From assembly GCA_002787095.1 (NCBI GenBank), contig PCVW01000063.1:15608-69074 (forward strand): 53,467 bases of DNA, in the 5' to 3' direction. Under the pieces are notes generated by a model that saw only the letters and a program-made list of their open reading frames with translations, was not told the origin of the DNA and made no database searches. This DNA comes from Candidatus Omnitrophica bacterium CG11_big_fil_rev_8_21_14_0_20_64_10 (lineage in GTDB: Bacteria; Omnitrophota; Gorgyraeia; 1-14-0-20-64-10). Below, in pieces: positions 9,061 to 19,334 of this stretch (position 1 is its first letter; every line of letters begins with the position of its first letter). The position numbers were made by a program, and so were the translations under genes.

Positions 9061-9174
9061 TCATCCTTGTCTTTGTTTGTGTCTGGGATTGGCGCAGATC
9101 ACCCGCACCACGCCGCTGCGTTTGACCACGCGGCACCGCTCACAAATCCGTTTGACCGAAGGTTTGACTTTCAT
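9061..9174 (-). CDS. rpmJ: 50S ribosomal protein bL36
   Basis: Below the ORF-track size cutoff. My translation is [37 protein letters not shown] (37 aa, CxxC...C...H zinc pattern). Its ATG overlaps the infA stop (ATGA). Confidence 0.9.
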   Translation of the reverse strand: MKVKPSVKRICERCRVVKRSGVVRVICANPRHKQRQG

Positions 9175-9392
9175 CCTCTATCCCGATAAACGATCCGGCC
9201 CCGGGTCAGGTCGTAAGGAGACATCTCCACCGTGACCTTGTCCCCGGGCAGAATCCGAATAAAATGCATCCGCATCTTCCCGGCCACATGGGCCAGGATC
9301 GGATGTCCATTTTCCAATTTCACCCTGAACATCGCGTTGGGAAGGGCTTCCTCCACAACGCCTTCTACTTGTATGGCTTCTTCTTTGGGCAT
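9171..9392 (-). CDS. infA: Translation initiation factor IF-1
   Basis: 73 aa. Contains [45 protein letters not shown]. The ATG lies 28 nt inside the end of map. Confidence 0.95.
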   Translation of the reverse strand: MPKEEAIQVEGVVEEALPNAMFRVKLENGHPILAHVAGKMRMHFIRILPGDKVTVEMSPYDLTRGRIVYRDRG

Positions 9393-10132
9393 TCCGTCAA
9401 AATCTCTGGACCCTGCGGGGTCACCGCCACCGTTTGCTCAAAATGAGCTGAAATTTTCCCGTCTTTCGCGACGGCGGTCCACCCGTCCGGCAAGACCTCA
9501 ACCGCCGCTCCCCCCAAGTTCACCATCGGCTCGATCGCGAGCACCCAGCCCGCCTCCAGCACCGGCCCCCGCCCCGGCTCCCCGTAATTGGGGACCTCCG
9601 GCGGCTCATGCAGCCGGGTGCCGATCCCATGCCCGACGAAATCCCGAACGATCGCATAGCCGCCCTCTTCGGCGACCGCTTGGATCGCGTGGGAGATGTC
9701 TCCCAACCGGTTCCCGGGCCGGGCCTGCCGGATCCCGGCGTTCAGAGCCGCTTCGGTCGTTGCGATCAAGTCCCGGGCTTCCCGGGAGATCTCCCCCACC
9801 GGAAAGGTCCGAGCCGCGTCGGCGTAATACCCTTCCACGATCGCCCCGACATCCAGCCCCACGATGTCCCCGGCCTTCAACCGCCGGTCCGATGGGATGC
9901 CGTGCACCACCTCTTCGTTGACTGAGGCGCAGATCGTCGCCGGAAACCCCCGGTACCCCTTGAAGGCCGGCTGGCCGCCCTGCTGCCGAATGAACCGCTC
10001 CGCGATTTCATCCAACGCCTGGGTCGTGATCCCGGGCCGAACCTCCGCCCCCAACTGCTCCAACAGCTGTCCCAAGATCCGGCCGGCCGAGCGCATCTTG
10101 TCAAGCTGGACCGAATTCTTCAGCTCGATCAC
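9365..10132 (-). CDS. map: Type I methionine aminopeptidase
   Basis: 255 aa. Contains [45 protein letters not shown] and LAIEPM. The GTG start overlaps the adk stop (GTGA). Confidence 0.9.
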   Translation of the reverse strand: MIELKNSVQLDKMRSAGRILGQLLEQLGAEVRPGITTQALDEIAERFIRQQGGQPAFKGYRGFPATICASVNEEVVHGIPSDRRLKAGDIVGLDVGAIVEGYYADAARTFPVGEISREARDLIATTEAALNAGIRQARPGNRLGDISHAIQAVAEEGGYAIVRDFVGHGIGTRLHEPPEVPNYGEPGRGPVLEAGWVLAIEPMVNLGGAAVEVLPDGWTAVAKDGKISAHFEQTVAVTPQGPEILTECPKKKPYK

Positions 10133-10797
10133 GCCGCCCCCACCAGCCGTTCCCGGGTCAACAGCTCGATCATCGCGTCATACTGCGCCGAAACCGACAG
10201 GTCCCCCGGCAGATGGCGCAGGATCCCGGCCGCCTCGTAAAAATCCAGCAACGGCTTGGTCTCCCGCTCATAAACGGCCAGACGCTTCTGAATCGTCCCG
10301 GGCTGATCATCGGAACGGGTCGTAAGTTTCGTCCCGCACCGGTCGCAGACCCCTTCCTGGTACGGCTTGAGGTTCGTCAGATGAAACACCATCCGGCATT
10401 TCGGACAAACCCGGCGCCCGGAGAGCCGGCGGATGATCGCTTCCGGCTCCATCTCGAAATCGATGACGAGGTCTACGGGAGCCTGTCCGGCCCGCCGCAG
10501 CATCTCCTCCAGCGCCTTCGCCTGCTCCGGCGTCCGAGGAAATCCATCCAGCGAAAACGAGCGGCCACTCCCCAGTGCCTCAATCTTTTGAAAGATCAGC
10601 GCCTGAATCCAGGCGTCGGGGACCAAAGCCCCTGATTGCATCTTCGTTTCAATCTCCCGACCCTGCCGGGAACCGGCTTCGATCGCCTCCCGGAGCAGGT
10701 CGCCGCTGGCCAGATGCGGAACCCCGTGCCGCTCCTGAAGCAGTCGGGCCTGTGTCCCCTTTCCAACGCCGGGCGCCCCGACAAAGATCAACCGCAT
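10129..10797 (-). CDS. adk: Adenylate kinase (zinc-lid type)
   Basis: P-loop MRLIFVGAPGVGKGTQA; lid with CPKC...CDRC. I prefer ATG 10797 over the track start at 10806, which is GTG overlapping the secY stop. Confidence 0.9.
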   Translation of the reverse strand: MRLIFVGAPGVGKGTQARLLQERHGVPHLASGDLLREAIEAGSRQGREIETKMQSGALVPDAWIQALIFQKIEALGSGRSFSLDGFPRTPEQAKALEEMLRRAGQAPVDLVIDFEMEPEAIIRRLSGRRVCPKCRMVFHLTNLKPYQEGVCDRCGTKLTTRSDDQPGTIQKRLAVYERETKPLLDFYEAAGILRHLPGDLSVSAQYDAMIELLTRERLVGAA

Positions 10798-10802
10798 GGC
10801 GA

Positions 10803-12149
10803 TCACCTGCGGGCCCGAAGACGCCCTCGGGTCAGAAAGCCCTCATAGTTGCGCATCAGCAGGAACGACTCCGCCTGCCTCAAGGTATCCAAAGTGACGC
10901 CAACCACGATCAACAAGCTGGTTCCGCCGAAGAAGCTGGCAATCAGCCCCGGGATCCCCAGCGACCGGGAGATCAAAATCGGGATCACCGCGATGATCGC
11001 CAGGAAGATCGCCCCCGGCAGGGTGATCCGGGTGATCAGCCGGTCGAAAAATTCCGCGGTCGCCTTCCCCGGCCGAATCCCCGGAACAAACCCCCCATAT
11101 TTCTTCATGTCCTCGGCCATGTGCAGCGGGTTGTGCTGAACAACCGCGTAAAAATAAGAGAAAAAGATGATCAGCCCCGGATAAAAGATCATGTAGATCC
11201 AACCGCCGGGCGAGAGCCAATGGCTGATCTGGTTGAACGCCTCGATCCGGGTAAAGCCGAACAGCGTCGCCGGCATCATGATGAACGACTGGGCGAAGAT
11301 GATCGGCAGCACCCCCGCCGCGTTGACCCGGATCGGCAGGTAGCTGGTCTGTCCGCCGTACACCTTGCGGCCCACCACCCGCCGCGCGTATTGAATCGGC
11401 ACCCGCCGCTGCGCCTGGGTGATCGCAATCACCGACAGCACGACCGCCACCAGCATCACAAGCATGAAGACCAGCGTCGCCGGCGGAATCTGCGGCGCCG
11501 CCATGAGCGGGTTGCCGATCTTCCACAATTGACGAACGGCCGTCGGCAGCGAAGAGAGGATCCCGGCGGTGATCAGGATCGACATTCCGTTGCCGATCCC
11601 ATAAGCCGAGATCTGCTCTCCCAGCCACATGATGAAGGCGGTGCCGCTGGTGAGCGTGATGATCGTCACGATCCGGAAAGCCCACCCCGGCTCGGCCACC
11701 ATCACCTGCCCGCCGAAATTGGCCGGATTCTCCAGCATCAAACTGATGAAGAGAGACTGCATCAGCCCCAAGCCCACCGTCAGATACCGGGTCCACTGGT
11801 TGAAGGTGCGGCGGCCCGACTCCCCCTCCTCCCGCACCATGTGCTCGAGCCTCGGGAAAACCGGGATCAGCAGCTGCATGATGATCGAGGCGGTGATCGT
11901 CGGCATGATCCCGAGCGCGAAGATCGTCATCCCCGAGAGGCTCCCCCCCGAAAAGAGATCCATCAGGGTGAAGAGGGTCTCCCCCAGCTGCTGCGTCATG
12001 GTGTCAAAGAACTGCGTCAAGGCCGCGCCGTCAATCCCGGGCAGCGGGATGAACGCGCCGGCCCGGTACACCGCGATCAGCGCGAAAGTCATCCCAGCCC
12101 GGCGGCGGAGCTCCGGGACCTTCCAGCTGTTCGCGAAAGCTTTCCACAT
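10803..12149 (-). CDS. secY: Protein translocase subunit SecY
   Basis: 448 aa, multi-TM, in spc-operon position. Contains GGSLSGMTIFALGIMPTITASIIMQLL. Confidence 0.95.
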   Translation of the reverse strand: MWKAFANSWKVPELRRRAGMTFALIAVYRAGAFIPLPGIDGAALTQFFDTMTQQLGETLFTLMDLFSGGSLSGMTIFALGIMPTITASIIMQLLIPVFPRLEHMVREEGESGRRTFNQWTRYLTVGLGLMQSLFISLMLENPANFGGQVMVAEPGWAFRIVTIITLTSGTAFIMWLGEQISAYGIGNGMSILITAGILSSLPTAVRQLWKIGNPLMAAPQIPPATLVFMLVMLVAVVLSVIAITQAQRRVPIQYARRVVGRKVYGGQTSYLPIRVNAAGVLPIIFAQSFIMMPATLFGFTRIEAFNQISHWLSPGGWIYMIFYPGLIIFFSYFYAVVQHNPLHMAEDMKKYGGFVPGIRPGKATAEFFDRLITRITLPGAIFLAIIAVIPILISRSLGIPGLIASFFGGTSLLIVVGVTLDTLRQAESFLLMRNYEGFLTRGRLRARR

Positions 12150-12158
12150 CGCCGGGGA

Positions 12159-12599
12159 CTATGCCGTTTCCGTCTTGCCGCCGGCGGCGGCGATCTTCTT
12201 CAATGCGGAGCCGGAAAAAGCAGCCGCCTGGACCGTCAATTTCTGTTTAAGCTCTCCATCCCCCAAAACCTTCACCCGAAGCCCCTCGCTCCGGATCAGC
12301 CCCGCTTCGGCCAATGCCTTCGCATTGACGACCGCGTCGGCCGGGAAGCGGTTGAGCGCCTCCAGATTCACGACCGCGAACGGCCGGCGCTTCTCATGGG
12401 TAAAACCGCGCTTGGGGATCCGACGGACGAAGGGCATCTGGCCCCCTTCAAACTCCGGCCGCTGCCGGAATCCGGTGCGGGCCTTGGCCCCCTTGGTCCC
12501 CCGGCCCGAGGTCTTCCCCTTCCCCGAAGCGCGTCCGCGGCCGAGCCGCTTGGACCGGTGGGTTGCCCCGGCCGGCTTCTTCAGGTTTCCGAGACTCAT
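12159..12599 (-). CDS. rplO: 50S ribosomal protein uL15
   Basis: Track ORF trimmed to ATG 12599, which overlaps the rpsE stop (ATGA). N-terminus [34 protein letters not shown]. Confidence 0.9.
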   Translation of the reverse strand: MSLGNLKKPAGATHRSKRLGRGRASGKGKTSGRGTKGAKARTGFRQRPEFEGGQMPFVRRIPKRGFTHEKRRPFAVVNLEALNRFPADAVVNAKALAEAGLIRSEGLRVKVLGDGELKQKLTVQAAAFSGSALKKIAAAGGKTETA

Positions 12600-13132
12600 G
12601 ACGCCTCCTCGGTGCCGCTCAAAGCCTTGCGCCGCTCCCGAACCGCTTTCGGATCCTCCAGCCGCTTGAGTCCTTCGATCGTCGCCTGAACCACATTGAC
12701 GACATTGTCCGATCCGAGCGACTTGGCCAGGATGTCGGAGATGCCGGCCGCGGCGCATACCGCCCGCACCGTGCCGCCGGCAATGATCCCGGTCCCGGGA
12801 GCGGCGGGCTTCAGGAGGATCCGGGAAGCGGAATATGCGCCGGTCACCTGATGCGGGATCGTCCCCTGCCGCATCGGGACCCGGAACATCCCCCGCCGGG
12901 CCTGTCCAAAACCTTTCTTGATCGCGTCGGCCACCTCGTTCGCCTTCCCGAGGGACCAGCCGACCTGCCCCTTGCCGTCCCCGACGATCACGACGGCGCT
13001 GAAGGAGAGCCGCTTACCCCCCTTGGTCACCTTCGCGAGGCGGTTGATCGTCACCACCTTTTCGATGATCTCCGGGTCATGCTCCGGCCGGGGCTGCCGA
13101 GGAGCGCCGGTCTGTTTTCGCGCGTAGGCCAT
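12596..13132 (-). CDS. rpsE: 30S ribosomal protein uS5
   Basis: 178 aa. Contains [33 protein letters not shown]. Confidence 0.95.
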   Translation of the reverse strand: MAYARKQTGAPRQPRPEHDPEIIEKVVTINRLAKVTKGGKRLSFSAVVIVGDGKGQVGWSLGKANEVADAIKKGFGQARRGMFRVPMRQGTIPHQVTGAYSASRILLKPAAPGTGIIAGGTVRAVCAAAGISDILAKSLGSDNVVNVVQATIEGLKRLEDPKAVRERRKALSGTEEAS

Positions 13133-13134
13133 GC

Positions 13135-13503
13135 TCAGAACTCCAATCCAGCCGACCGGGCCCCTTCCGCCACGGCCCGAACCCGGCCGTGATACGGATA
13201 CCCGCCCCGGTCAAACACCGCCTTGGAGATGCCGGCCTTCACCGCCGCCTGTCCGAGCACCTCCCCCAATTTCTTAGCACCCGCCACCGTCCCGCCGACG
13301 CCCACTTGACCCGAGAACCCCTTACCCCGGGTCGTCCGGTTCAGCAAAGTCTTCCCCTTCAAATCATCAATCAACTGGGCCACCAAATGTTTGGAGGACC
13401 GATGGACCGACAGACGGGGACGCTCGGAAGAGCCGATCACCCGCTTGCGGACCCGCCGGGCCCGCTGCAGCCGCCCCTGTTCACGCGCCGTCAATTGCGA
13501 CAT
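13135..13503 (-). CDS. rplR: 50S ribosomal protein uL18
   Basis: 122 aa. Contains [20 protein letters not shown]...[20 protein letters not shown]. Confidence 0.95.
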   Translation of the reverse strand: MSQLTAREQGRLQRARRVRKRVIGSSERPRLSVHRSSKHLVAQLIDDLKGKTLLNRTTRGKGFSGQVGVGGTVAGAKKLGEVLGQAAVKAGISKAVFDRGGYPYHGRVRAVAEGARSAGLEF

Positions 13504-13506
13504 GCC

Positions 13507-14043
13507 TCACCCCACCGTCTTTCCGGCCTTTCGCCGAATCACCTCGTCCGAATACTTGATCCCCTTGCCCCCATACGGCTCCGGCGGGCAGACCTCCCGG
13601 ATCCGAGCGGCCACCTGGCCCACCTGCCATTTGTTGTTTCCCTGAACGGTCACCTGCGTTGGTTTCGGAGTCTGCACGGTGACGCCGTCCGGAATGTCAT
13701 AAAAGACCGGATGGGAGAAACCGACGAACAACTCCAACCGCTTCCCCTGCATCGAGGCCCGGTAACCGACCCCGCTGAGCTCCAGCGTCTTGGAAAACCC
13801 CTGTGTGACCCCCTGGATCATGTTGTACACGATCGTCCGGGTCAGCCCGTGCAGCTCGCGAACCGTCTTCACCTCGGAAGCCCGCTTGATCTCCACGACC
13901 CCGTCCTTCTGCTCCGCCGAGATCCCGGCGTGAAAACGGTGGGATAGCTTCCCCTTGGACCCCTCAACGGAGATCACCCCGTCCCGGATCTCCACCTTCA
14001 CGCCGGAAGGAATCGGAATCGGCAACCGGCCTACGCGTGACAT
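13507..14043 (-). CDS. rplF: 50S ribosomal protein uL6
   Basis: 178 aa with N-terminus MSRVGRLPIPIPSGVKVEI. Confidence 0.95.
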   Translation of the reverse strand: MSRVGRLPIPIPSGVKVEIRDGVISVEGSKGKLSHRFHAGISAEQKDGVVEIKRASEVKTVRELHGLTRTIVYNMIQGVTQGFSKTLELSGVGYRASMQGKRLELFVGFSHPVFYDIPDGVTVQTPKPTQVTVQGNNKWQVGQVAARIREVCPPEPYGGKGIKYSDEVIRRKAGKTVG

Positions 14044-14049
14044 CGGATC

Positions 14050-14451
14050 TCACCAGACATGACAGATCATCTCCCCACCGGTCCCGCTGGCGCGGGCCTG
14101 CGCGTCGCTCACCACCCCGCCGGGGGTGGACAGGATCGCCATCCCGATCCCCGAAAGGATCCGGGGCACATTGGTCTTCCGGACATAGATCCGCCGGCCC
14201 GGCCGGGAAATCCGGCGCACATGCTGCAGGATCGGCTTGCGGTCCGCCGTGTACTTCAGATAAATCCGGAGCACCCCTTGAGACGATCCCTCCTTGAGGA
14301 ACCGCCAATTCTGGATGAAACCTTCCTGCTTGAGGCACTCGGCGATCCCCTGACTCAAGCGGGAAGCCGGCACATCCACCTGCGGTTTCAGCGCCCGGGA
14401 GGCGTTCTGGACCGAGGTCAGAAAATTGGCGATCGGATCAGAGAGGCTCAT
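14050..14451 (-). CDS. rpsH: 30S ribosomal protein uS8
   Basis: 133 aa with N-terminus MSLSDPIANFLTSVQNA. Confidence 0.95.
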   Translation of the reverse strand: MSLSDPIANFLTSVQNASRALKPQVDVPASRLSQGIAECLKQEGFIQNWRFLKEGSSQGVLRIYLKYTADRKPILQHVRRISRPGRRIYVRKTNVPRILSGIGMAILSTPGGVVSDAQARASGTGGEMICHVW

Positions 14452-14454
14452 GGT

Positions 14455-14649
14455 TCACCAGCTCGCTTTCAGGACGCCCGGGATCTGCCCCCGATGGGCC
14501 ATCTCCCGGAAACAGATCCGGCAGAGGCGGAACTTCCGGTAAACCGCCCGGGACCGGCCGCACTGCGCGCAGCGGCTGTGCCGGATCGCCCGGAACTTCG
14601 GTTTCGCCCACTTTCGCTTCCAAGTTTCCAGTTTCCCAACCTTCGCCAT
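14455..14649 (-). CDS. rpsN: 30S ribosomal protein uS14, short zinc-binding (type Z)
   Basis: 64 aa with [23 protein letters not shown] (CxxC...CxxC), ending in W. Confidence 0.9.
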   Translation of the reverse strand: MAKVGKLETWKRKWAKPKFRAIRHSRCAQCGRSRAVYRKFRLCRICFREMAHRGQIPGVLKASW

Positions 14650-14653
14650 ACCG

Positions 14654-15265
14654 TTACGCGCTCCCCGCCGTCTGCCGGCTTGCCTCCCGGAACGGCATCC
14701 CCAGCCCCTTCAGCAGGGCCCGAGCCTCCTCCGGGTTCGCGGCGCTCGTGCAGAAGGTGATGTGCATCCCCTGCGTCCGAGTCACCTTATCGTATTCAAT
14801 CTCCGGAAAGATCAGCTGTTCGGTGATCCCCAGGGAGAAATTCCCCTGCCCGTCAAATCCCCGGGTCGCGAGCACCCCCCGGAAATCCCGGATGCGGGGC
14901 ATCGCGATGTTGAACAGCCGGTCCACAAATTCATACATGACCGCCCGGCGCAGGGTCACCTTGGCGCCGATCGCCTGCCCGGCCTTCAGTTTGAAGTTCG
15001 AGACCGCCTTGCGGGCGCGGGTCAGGATCGGTTTCTGTCCGGTGATCTGGCCCAGCTCTTCGGCCGCCTTGTGCAGAATCTTCTCGTCCTGGACGGCCGC
15101 CCCGACCCCCATGTGCACGACGACCTTCGTCAGCCGCGGCACCTGGTGCGGGTTCTTGTAGCCGAACTGCTTCCGCAGAGCCGGCGCCACCTCCGAGCGG
15201 TAGCGTTGAAGCAGTCGGGGCGCCGCCTTCGCGGCCCCTTTCTTTGGAGTTTCCGCAGACACCAT
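14654..15265 (-). CDS. rplE: 50S ribosomal protein uL5
   Basis: 203 aa. Contains [29 protein letters not shown]. Its ATG shares 1 nt with the rplX stop. Confidence 0.95.
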   Translation of the reverse strand: MVSAETPKKGAAKAAPRLLQRYRSEVAPALRKQFGYKNPHQVPRLTKVVVHMGVGAAVQDEKILHKAAEELGQITGQKPILTRARKAVSNFKLKAGQAIGAKVTLRRAVMYEFVDRLFNIAMPRIRDFRGVLATRGFDGQGNFSLGITEQLIFPEIEYDKVTRTQGMHITFCTSAANPEEARALLKGLGMPFREASRQTAGSA

Positions 15266-15576
15266 CAGAAAGTCTCCTTCGAGGCCCGACCGACCCGCAC
15301 CTTCGTGCCGTCCTCCAGAAATTTCGCGCTGACCCGGGTCGGCTTTCCGGTCTTGGGATCCACCGGCATCACCCGATCCATCGGCAGCGGAGCTTCCCGG
15401 TCGATCAGCGCCCCCTGCGGCGCCTCCTGAGAACGGCGCACCCCTTTCTTGACGAGGTTCACCCCTTCCACGATCACCCGGCCCCGCTTGGGATCCACAT
15501 GGAGGATCTTCCCCCGCTTCCCCTTGTCCTTGCCGCGGATCACCGCGACCAGATCGTCTTTTTTCACCCGCGCCAT
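15265..15576 (-). CDS. rplX: 50S ribosomal protein uL24
   Basis: 103 aa with KOW-type N-terminus MARVKKDDLVAVIRGKDKGKRGKIL. Confidence 0.95.
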   Translation of the reverse strand: MARVKKDDLVAVIRGKDKGKRGKILHVDPKRGRVIVEGVNLVKKGVRRSQEAPQGALIDREAPLPMDRVMPVDPKTGKPTRVSAKFLEDGTKVRVGRASKETF

Positions 15577-15577
15577 C

Positions 15578-15946
15578 TCAAATGGCCTCCGGCGCCAGGG
15601 AAACGATCTTCGTGAAGCGCCGTTCCCGCAGCTCCCGGGCCACCGGCCCGAAAATCCGGGTGCCGCGCGGATTCTTCTGCGCGTCGATGATCACGACCGC
15701 GTTGCTGTCGAAGCGGATCGAGGAGCCGTCGGACCTGCGGATCGGATTCCGAGTCCGGATCACGACCGCCTTGATGACCTCCCCCTTCTTGACCATCGCG
15801 TCGGGGGTCGACTCCCGGACATTGGCGGTAATCACATCCCCCACCTCCGCCCAGAGCTTCCCGTGCCGGCCGATGACACCGATCATCGCCGCCTTGCGGG
15901 CGCCGGTGTTGTCGGCAATCTGAACGACCGATCGAATTCGAATCAT
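15578..15946 (-). CDS. rplN: 50S ribosomal protein uL14
   Basis: 122 aa with N-terminus MIRIRSVVQIADNTGARK. Confidence 0.95.
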   Translation of the reverse strand: MIRIRSVVQIADNTGARKAAMIGVIGRHGKLWAEVGDVITANVRESTPDAMVKKGEVIKAVVIRTRNPIRRSDGSSIRFDSNAVVIIDAQKNPRGTRIFGPVARELRERRFTKIVSLAPEAI

Positions 15947-16218
15947 TCCGTGGTCACCTTCTCAATTTCCCGCGTCCGGCGAGTCACCCCGATCAGGCGC
16001 CAGCGCTTGGTTTTGGACAACGGCCGGCACTCCTCAATCCGGACCTCGTCCCCCACATGGGAGGCCGACTCCGGATCGTGCACATGCACCCGCTTGGTTC
16101 TTCGAATGACTTTCTGATAGCGGCGATGACGGACCGAACGGGTCAACTCCACGACCCGGCTCTTCTGCATCGCTTCGGACACCACCACCCCGCTCACCTG
16201 CCGACCCGCCATCGTCAT
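15943..16218 (-). CDS. rpsQ: 30S ribosomal protein uS17
   Basis: The track start at 16260 is TTG. ATG at 16218 shares 1 nt with the rpmC stop and gives a 91-aa protein of normal size (MTMAGRQVSGVVVSEAMQKSRVV...). Confidence 0.85.
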   Translation of the reverse strand: MTMAGRQVSGVVVSEAMQKSRVVELTRSVRHRRYQKVIRRTKRVHVHDPESASHVGDEVRIEECRPLSKTKRWRLIGVTRRTREIEKVTTE

Positions 16219-16424
16219 CAACTCCCCTGTTTTTTCGTCTGCTGATGCCGGCTCAGCCAAGTCATGATCCGGGCCACTTCCCTGCGGGCCAACCGGAGCC
16301 GGTGCGGCTTGTCCAACTTGCCGCCGGTCGCCTGGATCCGCATCTCCAGCATCTCCTGCTTCAGTTTCGTCAACCGCGCCGTCAACTCCTCGACGCTCAA
16401 GTCCTTCAGATCCGATTCCGCCAT
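16218..16424 (-). CDS. rpmC: 50S ribosomal protein uL29
   Basis: 68 aa. Contains LSVEELTARLTKLKQEMLEMRIQ. Confidence 0.9.
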   Translation of the reverse strand: MAESDLKDLSVEELTARLTKLKQEMLEMRIQATGGKLDKPHRLRLARREVARIMTWLSRHQQTKKQGS

Positions 16425-16427
16425 GGC

Positions 16428-16847
16428 CTAAGCCCCCGCCATCCGTCGGACGAAGCGGGTCTTCAGCGGAATCTTGGCCGAGGCCAGCCGCAGAGCATCC
16501 TTCGCCAGGTTCTCAGGGATCCCCTCCATCTCCACGAGGACCCGTCCCCGCTTGATCACCGCGGCCCAGTACGCCACCTCCCCCTTCCCCTTGCCCATCC
16601 GGGTCTCGGCCGGTTTCTTGCTGATCGGCTTGTCCGGGAAGACCCGGATATACACCCGGCCGCCCCGGCGGACATGCCGGGTCAGGGCGACCCGGGCCGC
16701 CTCCAGCTGGGTGTGACTGACCCAACCGTTCTCCAGCGCCTGGAGCCCGTATTCCCCAAAGGAGATCTGGGAACCCCGGGTGGCGACACCGGTCCGACTG
16801 CGCCGCTGCGACTTCCTGTATTTGACCCGGCTCGGAATGAATGCCAT
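16428..16847 (-). CDS. rplP: 50S ribosomal protein uL16
   Basis: 139 aa with N-terminus MAFIPSRVKYRKSQRRSRTGVATRG. Confidence 0.95.
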   Translation of the reverse strand: MAFIPSRVKYRKSQRRSRTGVATRGSQISFGEYGLQALENGWVSHTQLEAARVALTRHVRRGGRVYIRVFPDKPISKKPAETRMGKGKGEVAYWAAVIKRGRVLVEMEGIPENLAKDALRLASAKIPLKTRFVRRMAGA

Positions 16848-16853
16848 CGTCGT

Positions 16854-17552
16854 TTACCCGTTTTTCCCTTCGGGAGCCGGAGCGGCGCTTCCGACCGCCC
16901 CTTTCGGCTCTTCCTTGAGCTGCTCCAACAAGGAGTCGCCCGTGTAAACCCAGCTCTTGACGCCGATCCGGCCATAGGTCGTCTGGGCCTCCGCGAAACC
17001 GAAGTCAATGTTGGCCCGAAAGGTGGAGAGCGGAATCTTTCCCTCCTTGTAGCTCTCCTTGCGGGACATCTCGATCCCGCCCAGCCGGCCGGCGCAGCGG
17101 ATCTTGACCCCCTGGACCCCCGAATCCATCGCCAGCTGGATCGCCCGCTTCATCGCCCGCCGGAAGTTCACCTGCCGCTGCAGCTGGAACGCCACATTCT
17201 CGGCGATCAACTGGGCGTTGCCGACCGGGTCCTTGACCTCCTTGATGTCGATCACGATCTCCTGGTCGGTCAAGCGGTGCAGGTCGTCCCGCAAGCGGTC
17301 GATGTCCGCTCCCCGGCGGCCGATCACGATCCCGGGACGGCCGGAGTGGATGATCACCCGCACCTTCCCGCCGGTCCGCTCGATCTCGACATGGGCGACC
17401 GCCGCATTCTGCAGCTGTTTCTGCAGATGCTTCCGGATCCGGATGTCCTCAGTCAGCAGCTTCCCAAAAGTCTGTCGGGGAGAGAACCACCGGGAAGCCC
17501 AGTCCTTCGTGTAGCCCAGACGATTCGCCAGAGGGGGTACTTTGTGTCCCAC
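16854..17552 (-). CDS. rpsC: 30S ribosomal protein uS3
   Basis: The track start at 17558 is TTG, only 3 nt after AGGAG. GTG at 17552 gives (M)GHKVPPLANRLGYTKDW with AGGAG 9 nt upstream. Confidence 0.9.
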   Translation of the reverse strand: MGHKVPPLANRLGYTKDWASRWFSPRQTFGKLLTEDIRIRKHLQKQLQNAAVAHVEIERTGGKVRVIIHSGRPGIVIGRRGADIDRLRDDLHRLTDQEIVIDIKEVKDPVGNAQLIAENVAFQLQRQVNFRRAMKRAIQLAMDSGVQGVKIRCAGRLGGIEMSRKESYKEGKIPLSTFRANIDFGFAEAQTTYGRIGVKSWVYTGDSLLEQLKEEPKGAVGSAAPAPEGKNG

Positions 17553-17586
17553 GCTCAAAAACTCCTATTGATCAAAAGGTCATCGC

Positions 17587-17922
17587 TCATTTTTTGATGT
17601 CCAACTCCAATGACAAATGGGTCGTCTTCTTCTGAATCGGAACCGCCCGGCCCATCGGGGCCGCCTTGTAGCGGCGCATGATCGGGCCGCCATCGGCCCA
17701 AATCTTCGAGATCACGAGCTGCTCCGGCTGAACGGTCCCTTCCCGCGTCGCGTTATGGATCGCCGAGTTCAGCACCTTTCCGATCGGCTCGCCGGCCCGC
17801 TTCGGCAAATGCTTGAGCGTCGCCTGGGCGGTCAGGACATCCATCCCCCGCAGCAGCCGGATCACCTCCCGGATCTTCCGGGGGGTCGTCCGCAGATACC
17901 GTCCCTTGGCCTTGGCGATCAT
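17587..17922 (-). CDS. rplV: 50S ribosomal protein uL22
   Basis: 111 aa. Contains [25 protein letters not shown]. Its ATG overlaps the rpsS stop (ATGA). Confidence 0.95.
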   Translation of the reverse strand: MIAKAKGRYLRTTPRKIREVIRLLRGMDVLTAQATLKHLPKRAGEPIGKVLNSAIHNATREGTVQPEQLVISKIWADGGPIMRRYKAAPMGRAVPIQKKTTHLSLELDIKK

Positions 17923-18206
17923 TTCGGACCCGGGGCCTTGGTGACCCCCTTGGAACCGTGCTTCTTGAAGATCCGGCTCGGAGAAAACTCTCCAAGCTTG
18001 TGCCCCACCATGTTCTCGGTCACGAAAACCGGAAGAAACTTGTTCCCGTTGTGGACCAAAAAGGTCAACCCCACGAACTCCGGCAGAATCGTGGACCGCC
18101 GGGACCAGGTCTTGATCGGGGATTTCTCCCCGGCTCCGGAGAGCTTCTCCACCTTCTTCATCAGGTGGTCGGCCACGAACGGCCCCTTTTTGACGGATCG
18201 CGACAT
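17919..18206 (-). CDS. rpsS: 30S ribosomal protein uS19
   Basis: 95 aa. Contains [15 protein letters not shown]...[12 protein letters not shown]. Confidence 0.95.
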   Translation of the reverse strand: MSRSVKKGPFVADHLMKKVEKLSGAGEKSPIKTWSRRSTILPEFVGLTFLVHNGNKFLPVFVTENMVGHKLGEFSPSRIFKKHGSKGVTKAPGPK

Positions 18207-18210
18207 CGCT

Positions 18211-19053
18211 CTACTTCTTCTTTCTGCTCGGACGACGCTTCACAATGTACCGATTCGACGGCTTCGATCGGGCCCGGGTCTTGAGCCCTTTGGTCGCCTG
18301 ACCCCATGGGGTGACCGGGTGGGGGTTCCCCTGCGGCGCCTTTCCTTCCCCCCCGCCGTGCGGGTGATCATGCGGGTTCATCGCCACCCCTCGGCTCTGG
18401 GGCCGGCGGCCGAGCCAGCGGCTGCGGCCCGCCTTGCCGATTGAGAGGGTCTCCCGCTCCTCATTCCCCAACTGACCGATAGTCGCGTAGCAGGCCGCCG
18501 ACACCATCCGCATCTCTCCAGAGGGAAGGCGCAGGGTTACCATTGTCCCTTCCTTCGCCAAGAGCTGCGCCGCCGCGCCGGCCGAACGGACCATCTGTCC
18601 GCCATGGCCCGGCTGAAGCTCCACGTTGTGCAGCAGGGTTCCGAGCGGAATCTGGGAAAGCGGCAGCGCATTGCCCGGCAGCGCCTCCGCCTGGGGACCG
18701 GCCGAAACCTGACTCCCCACTTTCAGGTCCTTCGGCGCCAGGATGTATCGCCGCTCCTGGTCCGGATATTCGACCAAGGCAATCCGGGCGGAACGGTTCG
18801 GATCGTACTCGATCGCGATCACCTGGGCCGCGGTATCCCGGCGATCCCGTTTGAAGTCGATGATCCGCAGCATCCGTTTGTTGCCGCCCCCCCGATGCCG
18901 GCTGGTGATCCGGCCGTGGGCGTTGCGGCCGCCGCTCTTGCGAATCGGCGCCAGCAGTCCCTTCTCCGGCGTCCACTTCGTGATCTCCTCGAAGCGGGAA
19001 ACGGTCATGTGCCGCCGTCCAGGCGTAATCGGTCGGAATTTTCTCACGCTCAC
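18211..19053 (-). CDS. rplB: 50S ribosomal protein uL2
   Basis: 280 aa. Contains [15 protein letters not shown]...[14 protein letters not shown]. The GTG start overlaps the rplW stop (GTGA). Confidence 0.95.
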   Translation of the reverse strand: MSVRKFRPITPGRRHMTVSRFEEITKWTPEKGLLAPIRKSGGRNAHGRITSRHRGGGNKRMLRIIDFKRDRRDTAAQVIAIEYDPNRSARIALVEYPDQERRYILAPKDLKVGSQVSAGPQAEALPGNALPLSQIPLGTLLHNVELQPGHGGQMVRSAGAAAQLLAKEGTMVTLRLPSGEMRMVSAACYATIGQLGNEERETLSIGKAGRSRWLGRRPQSRGVAMNPHDHPHGGGEGKAPQGNPHPVTPWGQATKGLKTRARSKPSNRYIVKRRPSRKKK

Positions 19054-19334
19054 AGCGCCACCTCGATCTTGTTTCCTTCGGCCAAGGTCACGGCCGCCCG
19101 CTTAACATCCGGCTTGTAGCCCCACTGAGCCCGCACCCGCTTCGGCTTGCCGGACAGCACCGCGGTGCGCACCCGCGTTACCTTGACCTTGAACAGGGTC
19201 TCGACCGCCTTGCGGATCTCCGGCTTCGTGGAGCGGGAACTGACCTCGAACCAATAGGTCCGGTGGTTCAGCATCCGGGTCCCCTTTTCGGTTCGAAGCA
19301 CCGTCCGGATCACGTCCTGCGGCGCGCGGCTCAT
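19050..19334 (-). CDS. rplW: 50S ribosomal protein uL23
   Basis: 94 aa; S10-operon position. Its ATG overlaps the rplD stop. Confidence 0.9.
   Translation of the reverse strand: MSRAPQDVIRTVLRTEKGTRMLNHRTYWFEVSSRSTKPEIRKAVETLFKVKVTRVRTAVLSGKPKRVRAQWGYKPDVKRAAVTLAEGNKIEVAL

Noticed and set aside
10843-11796. Same-strand out-of-frame ORFs inside real genes, for example 10843-11796 in secY, 44973-45671 in mnmA, 18461-18976 in rplB, 41645-42157 in ftsH and 21830-22393 in fusA
   Set aside because: They show low-complexity G/R/A/P composition and no independent start context. They are embedded in strongly conserved frames and look like GC-bias artefacts rather than overlapping genes.
12596-12599. 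Apparent absence of rpmD (L30) between rpsE and rplO, of a second tuf after fusA, and of rpmG upstream of secE
   Set aside because: The junctions are intact 4-nt overlaps or tRNA-containing spacers with no decayed remnants (I translated the 34768-34984 spacer). Loss of or a different location for these genes is known lineage variation, so this is not evidence of deletion or misassembly.
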